Source of the DNA: Pristiophorus japonicus
Taxonomy: Eukaryota
Direction: 5' to 3'
Assembly (NCBI RefSeq): GCF_044704955.1
Contig: NC_091977.1
Coordinates: 369,830,001-369,894,000, forward strand
DNA length: 64,000 nt
The notes beneath the pieces were generated by a model. The model saw only the letters and a program-made list of their open reading frames with translations. It was not told where the DNA came from and ran no database searches. Shown here piece by piece: positions 20,940-34,869 of the stretch. Position numbers and translations under genes: made by a program. Each line of letters opens with the position of its first letter. The first letter of the stretch is position 1.

Positions 20940-21771
20940 ATTGTTTCTGCAGCCTACTTTTGAGTTAAAAAAAAATTAGATATGAGCTTGATCATGAGAA
21001 TTGAATTATATAAGTGTCCAGTCCTTAGATATGTTTATTATTTACTAAATAATTCAGTAATTTATGTACATAAACATTGAAATGTCCCAATGGTTTGATT
21101 TGTGCTTTCTTTATTCTATTGTCCTGGGGAACAGCATGCTGTTCTTTTTCTGTGACATTTTAGTAACCTGTCCGAATCAAAATGTCAGAATGAATGTCTA
21201 GTCCTTTGAGCATCCTATTCCCTAGTTTGTGATCTTTAAACCTCCTGCTCCTTGACTAAATTCAAAGGTACATTTGATATATAAGTTTTCAAATGTCATA
21301 ATCACAGATGATCTTTTTGCTTTTACAAATAATGGACAAAAATGAAGAGCTTTGGTACCAACCACTTTTGATTTTGCCATCAGTCTTATGTTCCAAAGAA
21401 GACCTTGTTAATCTTTAAGCCTTACAAAAGCCCAACTGCCTCTTATTGTCACCCTCTCAGTCAGCACCTTCAACATCACAAAGGTCTATACATTCATCTG
21501 GTACCCAAAGTGCAGAGGAAGAACTCACAACCTTTCCATGCTGACCCCGATAAAGAATTTCATTTCACCAGAGAGCTCATGGTGGGTGCACATATGAAAA
21601 GATAATTTATTCCTTTTATTTGTTTTTCTTATGTACATTTAACTTTCCAGATTTGAAGAACTTTTATGTTACATTGAACATTAAACTTATAACAATTAAA
21701 TTAAAATTTACATTAATTTTATTTAAAATTGACCTAAAACTTTAAAATGTCAAATAACTATCAAATTGTTT

Positions 21772-22112
21772 CTCTAATATTCTCTCCTTTTCTCTTATCT
21801 TCTCCTGAAGCTGATGCCTCAGACTGCATATAATTCAATCGGCACTGGGAGACTCAAAGAACATTCTAAATGACTATTCTACTGACTTTGACAGGATTAT
21901 CAAATGGGGGAACATCACAGCCAAGTCTGTCAACTTCCCAGCAGCGGTCATTGGATAAACTGGAGGGGGAATACTGGCTAATATGCCCTCTCTTTCTCCC
22001 GGAAACAGTGATGGGATCAACTAACTCATCATCGTTCAAAGACTGAACTAATGAACTACCTGGTCTGTATGGCTCAGTTTTGCACATGTAATGCATTAAC
22101 TCACTAATCCAT
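21772..22112 (-). mobile_element. Diverged tRNA-derived SINE (same family as 57560-59480)
   Basis: Minus-strand head CTGAGCCATACAGACCAGG...GAGTTAGTTGATC; tail similar to 57560-57600. Confidence 0.55.
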
Positions 22113-22452
22113 CTACCATGATCTTAAATGTTCCATTCCTACATCACTCTGATTAACGGTAAGGTTGCTTGTACAGCTGCTTTTGAAATCCTGTATAATT
22201 AGGCTGTTAAATGAAGATGCTGATTTTTGTTTGTGCTGCAAGTTGGGCGGGGTATCTTCTCCGCCCACCCAATGATGTTGACCCAATCACAATCAATTTT
22301 TAAATAATGAATCCCAATCAACCAAGGTGCCAGCTCTAATCACGCTGCCTATAGGCAGTTAACTGATTAGGAGGATGGGAAATCCAGTTGCCCTGCTGCT
22401 TCTTAAAACAGCTGGCACGTCTTAAGGGGAGGTGGAGCTTTCAGTGGTGCGG

Positions 22453-22486
22453 AGTGGTAAGTGGTAAGTGGTAAGTGGTAAGTGGT
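22453..22486. repeat. (AGTGGTA)n microsatellite, about 5 copies
   Basis: Directly visible heptamer repeat. Confidence 0.9.
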
Positions 22487-22742
22487 AGGTATCTCTCTGA
22501 GGCAGCAGGCAGAATAATGATGGCCAGGCCTTCCTGATTTTCAGTTACTAGGAGTTTAAACCTAAACTAATCGCACCAATTTATGTCAATCACAGACACT
22601 GATCTCAACTGTAAATTTACAATCAGCAAGCAGTTAAGTCTGACTTGGTGTAACAAAACTGAACTGCCTTTGTAACATCTGTTATTTCTTTTTCAATTAG
22701 CCCTATCTAATTATTTGCATATTCAGAGGCACGCAGTGCTTG

Positions 22743-23396
22743 GGGGTGGGTGTTAAGATAAGGCAAAGTCCACTTTCCGACCTGAGGCTGCTCGTTCCCA
22801 CCTGGCAACATCTTATCTTCGCCAACTTTGAAGTTGGCCGAGGCTCCGGCTATAGGCAGATGGGGGCCTAATTTAAATCCAAAAGTCGCTGTCCAATAAA
22901 GACATTAGCGCAGCAAAGGCATTTTAGTTACCGCATTCGGGAGGGCCACGCAGACCCAACCCCAACTCCTCAACCATGGCAGAAGTCAGTGGAGTTACCA
23001 GAAGAGGCCAAGGTAAGATTGAGAAAATAATTTTTATGTGGAATTCTTGTGGGACAGGAGGCATATGGGAGCTCCACTGGGCCCTGCAAGGAGAGCTTAG
23101 ACCTTCGCTGCCCCAGGTTTCCCCTCCTCCCCCGACCACAATCATTCCTGATCCCCCTCCTTCCTTACTTAACTTGTCAACGTTCGTTTCCATGGGTCTG
23201 CAGTGGCGGCCCAACTCTCCGCAGCTTTCCATTCCTGCCCACCAGTGTTGGCGTCATTCCCGCCAGTTTCAGGCGGTGGTCAGTCTCCTAGCATTCAAAT
23301 AAGACTTGGGAGTTAAAATCTCCCAGGCCTCACGCTCCGGGTGGCCAGAGAGATTGCCGCCCACTTCAGCCCCACACCCAAGTTAATATCGACCCC
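22743..23396. mobile_element. Putative Harbinger-type MITE
   Basis: Imperfect TIRs GGGGTGGGTGTTAA and TTAATATCGACCCC (11/14 match); no clean TSD. Confidence 0.45.
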
Positions 23397-23659
23397 TCAA
23401 TGTTTAAATTTATGTTCTGCTATGATTCTAAGGTTAATAAATAATTGTTAGTTCAGGATTTTGTCATCTGACTTCTTTGATAAGTCGCAAGAAAGGGTTA
23501 ATTCTGTAGCTTGTGCGGATCCTGATGAGAGGTTAATAATATAAATACTACTATAATCCAAACTGGTTGTTGTGTGATAGTTCTGCAAGTCAATTTTAGG
23601 AATCATTCCCTTCTAAACTTAAACTATGAGTTAATCTACTGTACTTTAACTGTAAGGAC

Positions 23660-23800
23660 AGAACTAGAGGACACATTTAAAATTAGCAATGCTCAAATGA
23701 GACTAATGATTGGGAGAATCAGTTTCCCCACAGAGTAGTGATTACGTGGAATATACTCCGAAAAGGCAGCTGAGGCTGCGTTGCTTAACTTCTTTAAAAA
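23660..23800 (+). mobile_element. Very old CR1 3' relic
   Basis: ACTAGAGGACACA...TGGAATATACTCC...CTTTAAAAA resembles the TRGH...WN.LP...FK region. Confidence 0.5.
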
Positions 23801-23886
23801 TATATACCTGGTTTGGAACAGAACTGAAAATTATAGAGGGGAATCTTTAGCACATCCTGCCTGGCAGGAGTGGGGTGGGTACACAA

Positions 23887-26800
23887 TCAGAATAACTCCA
23901 CAAGATTGTATACTGTAAGCTCAAACTGATCTGACCTTAGTCTCTTTAATCAAACTCCAGAGTGCCGAAGCAGCATGGCAGACAACCTTTTATATTTGCT
24001 TGCACGAGGTGTGCAAGTGACCCTTGGGTCTCCAACAGGTGCGCCCCCTGGTGGCAAGTCTTACACTATTATAAAGTTTACATACATAACATCACTCCCC
24101 CCACCCCCACCCCCACCCCAAAGTCTTAGATACAAGTTATTTACAAGTTGAGGCGATCAGGGGCTCTTTATTCCTGGATTGATCGCCTGAGTTGAAGTCC
24201 TGGCATGGGTGAGTTGGTCGGATCATTGCTGTACTGCAGCGCGGCTGGTCTGATCGGACTGTCGGGCATGGTGGGTTCATCCTCGTGATTGATAGTGAGG
24301 TCGATTGCTGGTTGGGTGTGTGTTGGTGGATCAATGATGGTAATGTCCTCTTCAAACTGTTCTTGGTTGTCAGTGAATCGCAGTTTGGTCTGATCCAAGT
24401 GCTTTCTGCATGTTTGTCCATTCAGAAGTTTGACAACAAACACTCTATTCCCCTCCTTGGCTAAAACAGTGCCAGCAACCCATTTGGGACCATGACCGTA
24501 ATTAAGAACAAATACAGGGTCATTAACCTCAGTGTCACGTGATACAGCCGCGCGATCGTGGTACATGTTATGCCAGTGACACCAGGTTTCTATATGATCA
24601 TTGCGATCCGGGTGGACTAAGGAGAGCCTGGTTTTGAGTGCTCTCTTCATTAACAATTCTACCGAGGGAATCCCGGTAAGCGAGTGGGGTCGTGTCCGGT
24701 AGCTGAGCAGAACCCGAGACATCCAGGTTTGCAGGGAACCGTCCGTCATGCATTTCAAGCTCTGCTTGATAGTTTGGACTGCACATTCCGCTTGACCGTT
24801 GGAAGCGGGTTTAAATGGGGCAGACCTGACATGTTTGATGCCATTACGGGTCATGAACTTGTTGAATTCCGAGCTGGTGAAACATGGTCCATTGTCACTA
24901 ATAAGGACGTCAGGCAAAACATTGGTGGCGAACATGGCCCAGAGGCTTTCAATGGTGGCAGTGGACGTACATGATGACATTATTACACATTCAATCCATT
25001 TAGAGTAAGCGTCCACTGCTAATAGGAACATCTTTCCTAGAAATGGGGCCAGCAAAATCTACATGGGCCTTGAACCACGGTTTGGAGGGCCATGACCACA
25101 GGCTCAGTGGGGCCTCCCTTGGTTCATTGCTCAACTGTGAGCAAGTGCTACATTGGTGTACGCATGCCTCCAATTCCGAGTCAATGCCAGGCCACCAAAC
25201 GTGCGACCCGGCGATAGCCTTCATCATAACTATGCCTGGGTGGGTACTGTGTAGGTCACGTATAAAGGTTTCCCTGCCTTTTTTTTGAAAACCACGCGAT
25301 TCCCCCATAGGAGACGATCCGATTGGATGGACATTTCATCCTTGTCGGTAAAACGGCTTAATTTCGTTTTGCATTTCCCCGGGAACAGCTGACCAGCTCC
25401 CATTAAGGAAGCAGTTTTTTACTAGTGATAGCACAGGGTCCAGGCTAGTCCAGGTCCTGATCTGGCGAGCCGTGACGGGTGACCCCTCGCTCTCAAAGAC
25501 ATCCATTAAAAGAAGCAAGTCTGCGGGTTGCGCCATTTCCATCCTGGTGGTGGGCAATGATAGCCGACTGAGGGCATCAGCACAGTTCTCAGTGCTTGGT
25601 CTGTGGCGGATTACATAGTCATACGCAGATAATGTTAGTGCCCATCTTTGGATGTGGGATAAAGCATTGGTGTTAATAACTTTGATTTCTGAGAACAGCG
25701 AAATGAGCAGTTTGTGGTCGATTTCGAGCTCCAAATAGGTATTGGTGCATTTTCTTAACCCCATATACGCATGCTAATGCTTTTTTCTCACCTGTACTAT
25801 AGGTTCTTTCAGCCTTAGATAAACTTCTGTATGCATATGCAACCGGTTTCAGTTTGCCTGACACATTGGCTTGCTGTAACACACAACCAACCCCCTACGA
25901 AGATGCATCACAAGCTAGTACTAAATGTTTACATGGGTCATACAATACTAGTAACTTGTTACAACATAGCAGGTATCGGGCCTTATTGAAGGCTGTCTCT
26001 TGAGATTTACCCCAAACCCAGTCATCACCCTTACGTAGCAATAAATGCAAAGGTTCCAGCAAAGTGCTCAACCCGGGTAGAAAGTTACCAAAATAGTTGA
26101 GGAGTCCCAGGAACGAACGCAGCTCCATCACATTCTATGGTCTGGGTACATTCTTGATGGCCTCTGTCTTTGATGCTGTGGGTCTGATGCCGTCTGCCGC
26201 AATATTTCTCCCCAAATATTCGGCCTCGGGCACCAGGAAAACATACTTGGAGCGTTTCAGCCTGAGTCCCACTCTGTCCAGTCGCTTTAGAACCTCTTCC
26301 AGGTGTGCAGGTGCTCGCTGGTGTCACCACCAGTGATCAGGATGTCTTGAAACACAACGGTGCGCGGAACCGATTTCAGCAGACTCTCCGTGTTCCTCTG
26401 GAAGATGGCAGCAGCCGAGCGAATGCCAAAAGGGCATCTGTGGTATAGGAACAGTCCTTTGTGCGTGTTGATGCACGTTAATCTTTTTGAAGATTCAGCT
26501 AGCTCCTGTGACATGTAAGCAGAGGTTAGATCCAGCTTGGTGAATGACTTCCCCACCCCTGCTAGCGTTGCGAACAGGTCCTCCACTTTGGGTAGTGGGT
26601 ACTGGTCCTGTAACAAGACTCGGTTGATCGTTACTTTGTAGTCTCCACAGATTCTGGCCGTACCATCGCTTTTCAACACCGGAACAACTGGACTGGCCCA
26701 CTCGTTGAACTTGACTGGCGATATAATTCCCTCTCATTGAAGTCTGTTTAGTTTGATCTCGACTTTCTCCCACATCATATATGGAATCTCTCGGGCCATG

Positions 26801-28401
26801 CATCAGACACTAGATGGATCTGGACTTTGGCGCCTGTGAAGTTGCCGATGCCTGGCTCAAATAGCGACGGAAATTTGTTTAGCATTGAGGGCACGGGGCA
26901 TCATCCACCGAAAACAGCACTTTGATGTTGTCCCAGTTCCATTGGATCTTTCCTCGGCAGCTTCTGCCGAACAGCGTTGGGTCATCGCCTGGTTCAATCA
27001 TGCACAGCTTCATCATACGATACTTTCACTGCTGCACTGCCAATGAGCTGGTATGAGCTCTTTGGTGTAAGTGCACAGTTTTGTATGAATCGGGCTTAGT
27101 TTTGGCCTTTGTGCCTTGTTGCCCCACAGTTTCTCAAAAGCCTTCTGACTCATAATTGACTGACTCGCCCCCGTGTCCAATTCCATGGAAACTGGAATGT
27201 CATTTAATTTGACTTTCAACATTATCGGAGGGTTTTTGGTGGTGAAGGTGCGTACCCCATACACTTCCTCTTCAGCTTCGGATTGAGTTGCCTCTCTTAC
27301 TCGTTCAGCATGATCCGTGCCGGATCGGTCATCTTCTGCCAACTCTGCCACGTGGTGAGTCGCAGCATGTTTGCACATTCACTGGCGGTGCCCCATTGTT
27401 CCGCAGCCTTTGCACACGTAGTGCTTGAATCGACATTGACGGGCTCTATGAATACCCCCGCAGCACAATCATGGTGTTAATGGATTCACATTCACGCCCC
27501 ACAGCGGACTCTGAGTCATCCTAGGTCTGGCCTCTGCGGGCGTGTAGGCCCTGCCATGCACAGTTCTGCCTGCTGAAGGCGTTATTTTATGCACAGTACT
27601 TGCTGGTGAGCTTCGATGCTGAGAAGATATCTGCTTAGTGTTATCGTTCGTGGACATGAAAGCCTGGGCTATCGTGATGGCCTTGCTTAGATCTAGGAAT
27701 TCGACAGACAGCAGTTTGCGAAGAATGACCTCGTGGCCGATTCCAAGCACAAAAAAGTCCCGCAACATTTCCCCCCAAAAATCCAGCAAATTCGCACGGT
27801 CCCCAAGGCATCTTAGGTCGGCAACATAGCTCGCCACGTCCTGGCCCTCGGAGCGATGGTGCGTATAAAAGCGACACCTGGCCATTAAGATGCTCTCCTT
27901 CGGCTTGAGGTGTTCCCGAACCAGCGTACACAACTCTGCATATGTCTTGTCCGTTGGTTTCGTCGGTGCTAGCAGATTTTTGATAAGACCATATATCGTG
28001 GACCCACAAACGGTGAGGAGAATCACCCTGCACTTGACCACTTTACTGTCTGTATCCAGCTCATTGGCAACGAAGTACTGGTCAAGACGCTCAACGAAGG
28101 CTTCCCATTCATGACCCTCAACAAATCTCTCAAGAATACCAACGGCAGCCATAACCACGTGAAAGTTCGTGATCTGTTTCTCGTCTCCAATTGTTATGTT
28201 CAGAATAACTCCAAGACTGTATGCTGTAAGCTCAAACTGATGTGTCCTTAGTCTCTTTAATCAAACTCCAGAGTGCCAAAGCAGCATGGCAGACAACCTT
28301 TATATTTGCTTGCACGAGGTGTGCAGGTAACCCTTGGGTCTCCAACAGGTGCGCCTCTTGGTGGCAAGTCTTGCACTATTCTAAAGTTTACATACATAAC
28401 A
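23887..28401 (-). mobile_element. Full-length degraded Ty3/Gypsy (Mag-like) LTR retrotransposon
   Basis: LTRs 23887-24091 (outer ~8 bp missing) and 28192-28401; PBS TGGAGACGAG; PPT at 24092-24120; gag-PR-RT-RH-IN. Confidence 0.95.
24168..28152 (-). pseudogene. pol: gag-pol pseudogene
   Basis: Fragmented ORFs: WEAFVERL, MELDTGAS, ICGDYK, KLDLTSAY, LACDASS, ADALSR, HVDFAGP, ASNGQAE. Confidence 0.9.
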
Positions 28402-29998
28402 GGAGCTGTCAAAGCTCCTGCCCCATTTCTGCCTATTACCATTTTAACAGGATCTTTCTTTTAGGCCACTGAGGCATCTGCCTGATTCAGGAGGAAGCCT
28501 CAATAATACGTGCGAATCGAGGTCCTATGACGCCACTAGGACTCCCATGGGATTTTACTGGACGCTGGCGTCCCACTCAGTGAACCTGATGGGGAAGATG
28601 AGAAGGCTCTCCCAGGTAAGTCAAAACAGTCATAAACATTCCTTGGTGGGACCAGGAGGAGCATGCCTGCTCTTTCAGGCCCCACAAAAAAGTCTGGGCC
28701 CTTCATACACCACCTTTCCATGCCTGAAACAGTCCCTACCCCTCTTCCACAACTTACCTTGGTGCTGATGGGCAGCCTCTGGGCCCTGTGGTTTTGATCT
28801 ACCCCCAAAGCTGCCGGGCTATCTCTTTCCACCCGTTTCCTCAGGCAGATGTCTGGTGCGAATGAGGCCTGCTAGTTAAAATAGCCATGGTTTTTTTTAA
28901 CTAATACTGTTGGATGGGTTTGGTGCTCATCCCATCCCTCCTGCCCACTCAAAAACCCACCGCTGGTAAAAATACTCCATTTTAGGGTTCGATTTAGACT
29001 GAGATTGGGGTTTGGGGAAGCAAAATCATTGGGGAAAGGAGGGAGGCAGAGATTGGGGCTTGGGGAGGAAGACAAAGGCCATCGCAGAAGGGAGTGAGAG
29101 ATCGGGGCTTAGGCCAGAGGAAGTGAGAAGCCATAGTGAGAGGGAAGGAGTGAGGTCATGGAGGGTGGGGTGGAAGAGAGAGGCCATAGTGAGAGGGAGG
29201 GAGCTGAGATTGGGGGAAGGGAAATGCCATCGCGGGACAGAGAGTGCGAGATCAGGATCCTCTCCCGTCCGTCATGGAGCGCATTTCTAATTTCTGGACC
29301 TTTTCACAGCAGATCTTTACTGCATTACGGACATAGGAAAAATTGTGAATAGTAAAATAGCTACTGGTCCGTCCATCCAGCCTGGCCTGCACAATTGTGA
29401 TGTCTCGTGTATCCACAATAAACACACTCTCCAGCCCATTCTGAGCTGTGTAATCTCCGGGGACCCATTGGACTTGGCAGCATGCACAGATACATTACTT
29501 ATCACCAGATACAGATATAATAGATACAGGTTGCCATATACCAATTTTAAAGAACATTGAGATGAAGTGAAAAGTAAATTTAAAGTCTACGGGTTAAACT
29601 TTCCATCAGGTTCGACCTGCTACCATCCAGTTACCACCCATTTAACCACTGAGATTTAGTCTATTGCCCACATTTCAATAAAAATGGAAACTAACGCCCA
29701 ATTATCGCCCATTTATCGCCAGCGTTAGTTTTGGCATAAAGTTAACGCCGAGAATTAGCTAAACCGCCCACCCACATTTTTAATTAAAATTATGACGTCA
29801 GCAATTCGGAGGACTTTACATAAAAGGCTGCATCAAGTTCATGGGAGCTTTGAAGTAATTCATGAGTGCTTTTAATGTAGTTTTAAAATCTCTTGACAAC
29901 CATCTATCATATTGTGGAGAATTTGCATTTTGTAATGAGTTTTTAGAGGACAATTTAATAATTCTGAGTGCATATAAATAGGGCATTTAGTAATAATA

Positions 29999-31104
29999 AT
30001 GGGGTCTGTAATTTCTCAACCAGTATTGATGACTACTCACATGCTGCAGAGATGGGAGAAGGTTTATTGAAGAGCATTATATGCCCAATCAAAGAGGTGG
30101 CAGACTGCTGAGAAGGAGGAGACCTTACACCCGATGCACTTACAGGAATAAGCAGTCATACCTGAACTTGTCCAAAAACACGTGTCTTAGGAGGCTGCGC
30201 ATCTGAAAGGAGGTCATCAGTGAGATATGCCAGCTCATTAAGAAAGATCTGCAGCCTAACAGCACCATCAGGACTACACTGCCTGTTGAGGTCAAGGTTA
30301 CTGCGGCACTTTCCTTCTATCCATTGGGCTCCTTTCAGGCCTTAGCTGGCGACACTTGCGGTATCTCTCAGCACACCACACATTGCTGCATTCAACAGGT
30401 GATTGAAGCCCTTTATGCACGCAGGATGGACTTTATAAGCTCCCCTTTGACCAGAGAGGCACAGACCGAGAGGGCTTTAGGATTCTCCAGAATTGCAAAC
30501 TTCCCCAAGGTGCAGGGAGCAATAGACTGTATGCACATCACCATGCGAGCACTTTTTCAGGATGCAGAGGTGTTTCGGAACCAAAAGGGATTCCACTCCC
30601 TGAATGTGCAACTCGTTGTTGACCACAAGCAAATAATCATGGCAGTAAATGCTAATTTTCAGGGGTGCATCTATGATGTGCACATCTTGCATGAGAGCGC
30701 TGTAACTGACCTGTTTAAGAATCAGCCACAAGGTCACGGTTGGATGCTGGGGGATAAAGGAAATGGCCTTGCAGCTGGCTCGTGACCCCCCTGCGCAAGA
30801 CCCAGATGGAAGCCGAGAAGCACTGCAATGAAAGCCACAAAGCCACACACAATATCGTGGTGTGCTACATGTGGCATATCCTAGCTATCAGGAGGGGACA
30901 AGAATTGCCAGATGGGACTGCCGGTCCACCTCAGGAGAGACGGAAGGGGAGGACAAGGAGGTGGACGATGATCTCTGGGAGGACAATCAGGCTGGCATTG
31001 AAATCATGCCCCCAACCCACCCTAGACCGCAGGAAAAGCCTTGTGCTGGTTACGCAGCTGCAAGACTGTTGCATCAACAGCTCATAAATGAACGCTTTCC
31101 TTGA
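29999..31104 (+). pseudogene. Harbinger DDE transposase (HARBI1-like) pseudogene
   Basis: LPVEVKVTAALSFY..GSFQ, FPKVQGAIDCMHI, RNQKGFHSLNVQLV and WMLGDKG motifs; stops, frameshifts and a deletion near the catalytic E. Confidence 0.9.
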
Positions 31105-31599
31105 ACTAACGTTGGTGGTAGTTGGCGGCAGTTACACAGCTGCAAGACTGTTGTGTCCGCAGCTCATAAATGAACGCTTTTCATTATGTTGATGACAGTT
31201 ACAGTTAGAGTTGTGTTATGTTACATTTCACCTTTGCCATTCCTGGCCTGGCCTTGCCAGTGTTTGCAAACTTTGTATATGTTTAACGTTTCAGCTATTT
31301 GAAAACACTGCACAACAATCTTAAGTTAAATAAAATATTTTTAATGTTATAAACGTGTTAAACAAATTTTTTTTTTAAACAAACACCATTAAAAGTTAAC
31401 ACCCTTGTACCCCCCACCCCCACCCCAACAGTGAACATTTTATAAAGAACAACAAATAACAATAAAAACCACAGCACCAACAACATACTTTAAAAAAACA
31501 ATATAAATATAACAAACACTCACCCAAAACATTCAACACTTTTTTTTAAACCAACAGCAACAACAACAACAATTTTATAATAATCCCCACCCTCCCTAC

Positions 31600-33452
31600 C
31601 TGTGGCCACGCTTCTCCTTTCCTTTATCCCCCCTCGTTTTAACCACTCACCTTCCTCTTCCCCTACCAACAACTCCAAGCTGCCTTGGAGCAGGGCATCT
31701 CGAGTGCTGCTGCTGTGCGGGGGGGTGATGGGAGATGAACAGATTGGGCTGGAGATGGAGAGGGCGTTACCAGGGAAAAGTCTTCTGAGTCAAAAGCAAG
31801 AGCTTCCTCCTGACCCGCATGTGTCATTTGCAATGGCGCTACGGCACCTTGGGGTTTAGTGCCTCTGGCATCCGTGGACTCGGCTATCCTCTCCATCACC
31901 GCTACCATCCGCGACATCTCCTGTGAGACGATCGCAGTTAGAGTGGCGACGTGTCCGGTTAGCGCACCCATTGCCTGAAGGAGCTCTAGACAGGTTGACC
32001 ATGTCCACACTCAAATCTGCCGGTCTTGGAGCAGATCGACCTCGCCGAACCAATCTCCGTGGGGTCGGCGCAGGCATGGAACCACTCTAGGTGCCCTGCT
32101 GTAAGACGCTTGGCCTCGCTACCTCCTCGATTGAAGAGGACATGGCCGCAGGAACCCACGATGAGAGGACTGCAGGCTCCTCCTCCACCTCCTCACTATC
32201 CTCAGTGGATAGGAGGACCTGCAAAAGAACAGGTAAGGCTCTTGCCTCCTCGCCTCCAGACACAACCACAGGAACTTGGGGATCTTGTGTAGGCTGACGA
32301 ACCTGTGGTGCCTGGGGAACCTGGAAGCCTGTGCTATCTGGTGACCTAGAAAACATAATGAGGTTAGTAGAAAAGAAGGGGTTGCTAGGGTCACATGAGA
32401 ATGCTTATGCTACACAGGCATATGCACGAGGAGCAACACTATTGCTATAAATAAACTGACAGACATCACATATAATTAACATCATAGTACAGAATCTGCA
32501 TTGCATTACAATAATTCATAATACCATCATTAATTACATAACATTACATCAATCAAAGATTATACGGAAATGAATGGCATTAAATTACTTTAAAACACCA
32601 GCGGTTTATACATTACTCACATGGTGCGAGAACGGGTTCAGCACCACCACGGGTGGTCGACCGGTTGTGGACCCCCACCAAGGCCAACGCCCACTCTTCC
32701 AGGTTGGTCAGGGGGCTTATATCTGCTGGGCCACCACCCGTGCGCCACTGCTCAGCCCTATTCTTCGAAAGCTTCTTCTACAAAGGTGACAAAAGCATAG
32801 CATGGCATAAGGTCATTGCTAGGTACTTTTACAGATAAAACAAATAGCAGATTACTGATAGATTTATTATTATTATTATTACTAATACACAACACAACAC
32901 AACACACAGACAATCCATAACTAGTCATCCCATGCTAATCATTGTCACAGTTAATGTTATATGATATTACGCTTCGCATGCATGGTTATATCTACTGTCT
33001 GAGAATAACTTGAATAAGATCGAGGTTAGGATTAAAATGCATGACACCAAGATTACCAGCCTAACTACAATACATCAGATCTTCATTTAAATTAATCATT
33101 GCATCATTACAATTTATTAAATAAATAAATTTAATATTTACTCTGCCAGAACCAACGAGATCATTCCAGCACTTACGGCACTGGTTGAGCCCTTTCACCT
33201 CATGTGTCGTGGATGAAATTACATCAGCAATCTCGATCCATATGCACTGATACACCCTGGAGGGGGTCTTTTCCCACAACCTCCCCGGGTCAATTGGGCC
33301 CATCTATTCTCCACTTCGGAGACCAAGGCAGCATTGGCTTCCTCAGTGAAGCATTTTGCGTGCCTTCGTCCTCCCATCTCTCCCACTTTGCCCACTTCCT
33401 CCTCTTCTTCACTCATAACTACCTCCTCCTTCATAACTTCAATATTCTCCAT
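31600..33452 (-). pseudogene. Harbinger Myb/SANT-like DNA-binding protein gene (exons about 33452-33142, 32777-32621, 32345-31600), degraded
   Basis: F.EE...LV..V...W, W.EIA..I and QCRKCWNDL trihelix signature; exon 2 KKLSKNRAEQWRTGGGP...LTNLEE; GT/AG boundaries visible. Confidence 0.8.
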
Positions 33453-34869
33453 TTTTCCAAAAATTAAACAAATTTACCAATAACAATCAAAAACTCCAAT
33501 AATCTCTCCACTAGCTTTCTCCTCTATCCCTCGCTCTCTCTCCTCTTTCACTCTTTTCTGCACATGTGCAGATGACCCCTAACCTCCTGAAGCGCAGGAA
33601 AAGACCGCTCCTATGGAAGCCAGCCTTGCACAACTGAATAAATTGCTAATGCCCATTTCACATCGCTACAGCGAGCGCTCAAATTAAAAAGTGGAAACTA
33701 ACGGGTTTTAAAATGGCCGATATTCCGGCGATCCCAAAAAAATATATAATCGCTGACGCCGGATATACCGCCCACTTTTGGGTGATCTGGACACCAATGC
33801 AAAGTCTAGCCCTATATCAAGTATATACACTACCAGACAATATTATGGTGCAGCAACTGGAGTACTGAAGCACAGAGCTTCAGTCATTCCCTCAGCTGAA
33901 TACAGCAATATTCAGAGTACAGAAGCTTTCAAAGCTCTTTCTACTCTGTGTCTTCAGTCCAGTAGTGTGACCTTTCAGCCTTTTTAAATCACATTCACTG
34001 AAAACGGGGTATAATGCTATCCATCAGAAATCTTGGAAAGATCAATATTTTTTTCTTTAAAGACTGCCCAAGAAACTTTGCTGAATTTGAGACAAGGCAC
34101 CTTTGGTTGTGTTATAACTGAGCCAATTCAGGATGATTCTGAAAATCGAATCAGACATGATAAATATTGTTTGTAATTTTCAGAACTTTTACTGATATGC
34201 TACAATAATAATGCCATTACAATAACACTCTGATATTAACCGAAGCATGAGCTCTCAAACATTAAAGTAAGACTCTGAAGCTATATCATCACACTGATAT
34301 TAAAGGAGCACTATTGTTATGAAAAATATTTATCACAAACTGGACCACCAAAGAGGAAGCAAGGTTTTATGTTACACTTACGCCGCTTTACAAAGGATGC
34401 TGAGAGATCACCTCCACCTCACAGATCTTCACGAGGGAGGACCACACATCACCTGCCAAACAGGGAATTGCACCAGTGGCATTGAAATTAAGGGACCTCC
34501 CTCTCACCCTACAAACTTTGACGTGGTCAGAGGCAGCAGACCAAGGGGGAGAAATTGGCTAACGACCAAAAACGGGCGTGGGAATTGCGGTACATGATTA
34601 GCCAGTGCCCATTCACTGCGTGGTAAATTGGTGCTGCCTGCTCTTGTAAATGATTGTTGTGTGCAGCCAACACTCCCCACGCTGGTCATTGGCTGCACGC
34701 CTCAATAGGGGGCCCAATATTGTAAGCAGCGAGTGCAACTTAAAGGCAGCCTGCACCTCTTAAAGGGAAGGTGCATTGGCTGCTTGAAGTGGTTGCAATT
34801 TTTTTCAAAAGTCAATCTGGGCATAACAACAGGTAGCAGGAAACAACTGGAACACATCTGCATGTTTTA

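Larger units (their letters stand above)
23838..28978. mobile_element. Putative Harbinger-type MITE interrupted by a Gypsy element
   Basis: Imperfect TIRs GGGGAATCTTTAGC and GGTAAAAATACTCC (10/14 match); internal composition like the other MITEs. Confidence 0.45.
29591..33812. mobile_element. PIF/Harbinger DNA transposon 1 (4.2 kb, both ends present, decayed)
   Basis: TIRs GGGTTAAACTTTCC and GCAAAGTCTAGCCC; flanks TAC and TAT; convergent transposase and Myb/SANT genes. Confidence 0.9.

Noticed and set aside
23866-23890. TSD for the Gypsy element at 23887-28401
   Set aside because: The left LTR lacks its terminal ~8 bp and the GGAGT/GGAGC match is offset by 15 bp; a junction deletion is more likely.
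30324-30785. Host HARBI1 gene
   Set aside because: It has stops and frameshifts and lies between TIRs with a partner Myb gene, so it is a transposon copy.
34375-34460. Possible minus-strand host exon (TTGGCAG ... GTAAGT)
   Set aside because: All three frames contain a stop, and no recognisable protein or partner exons were found.
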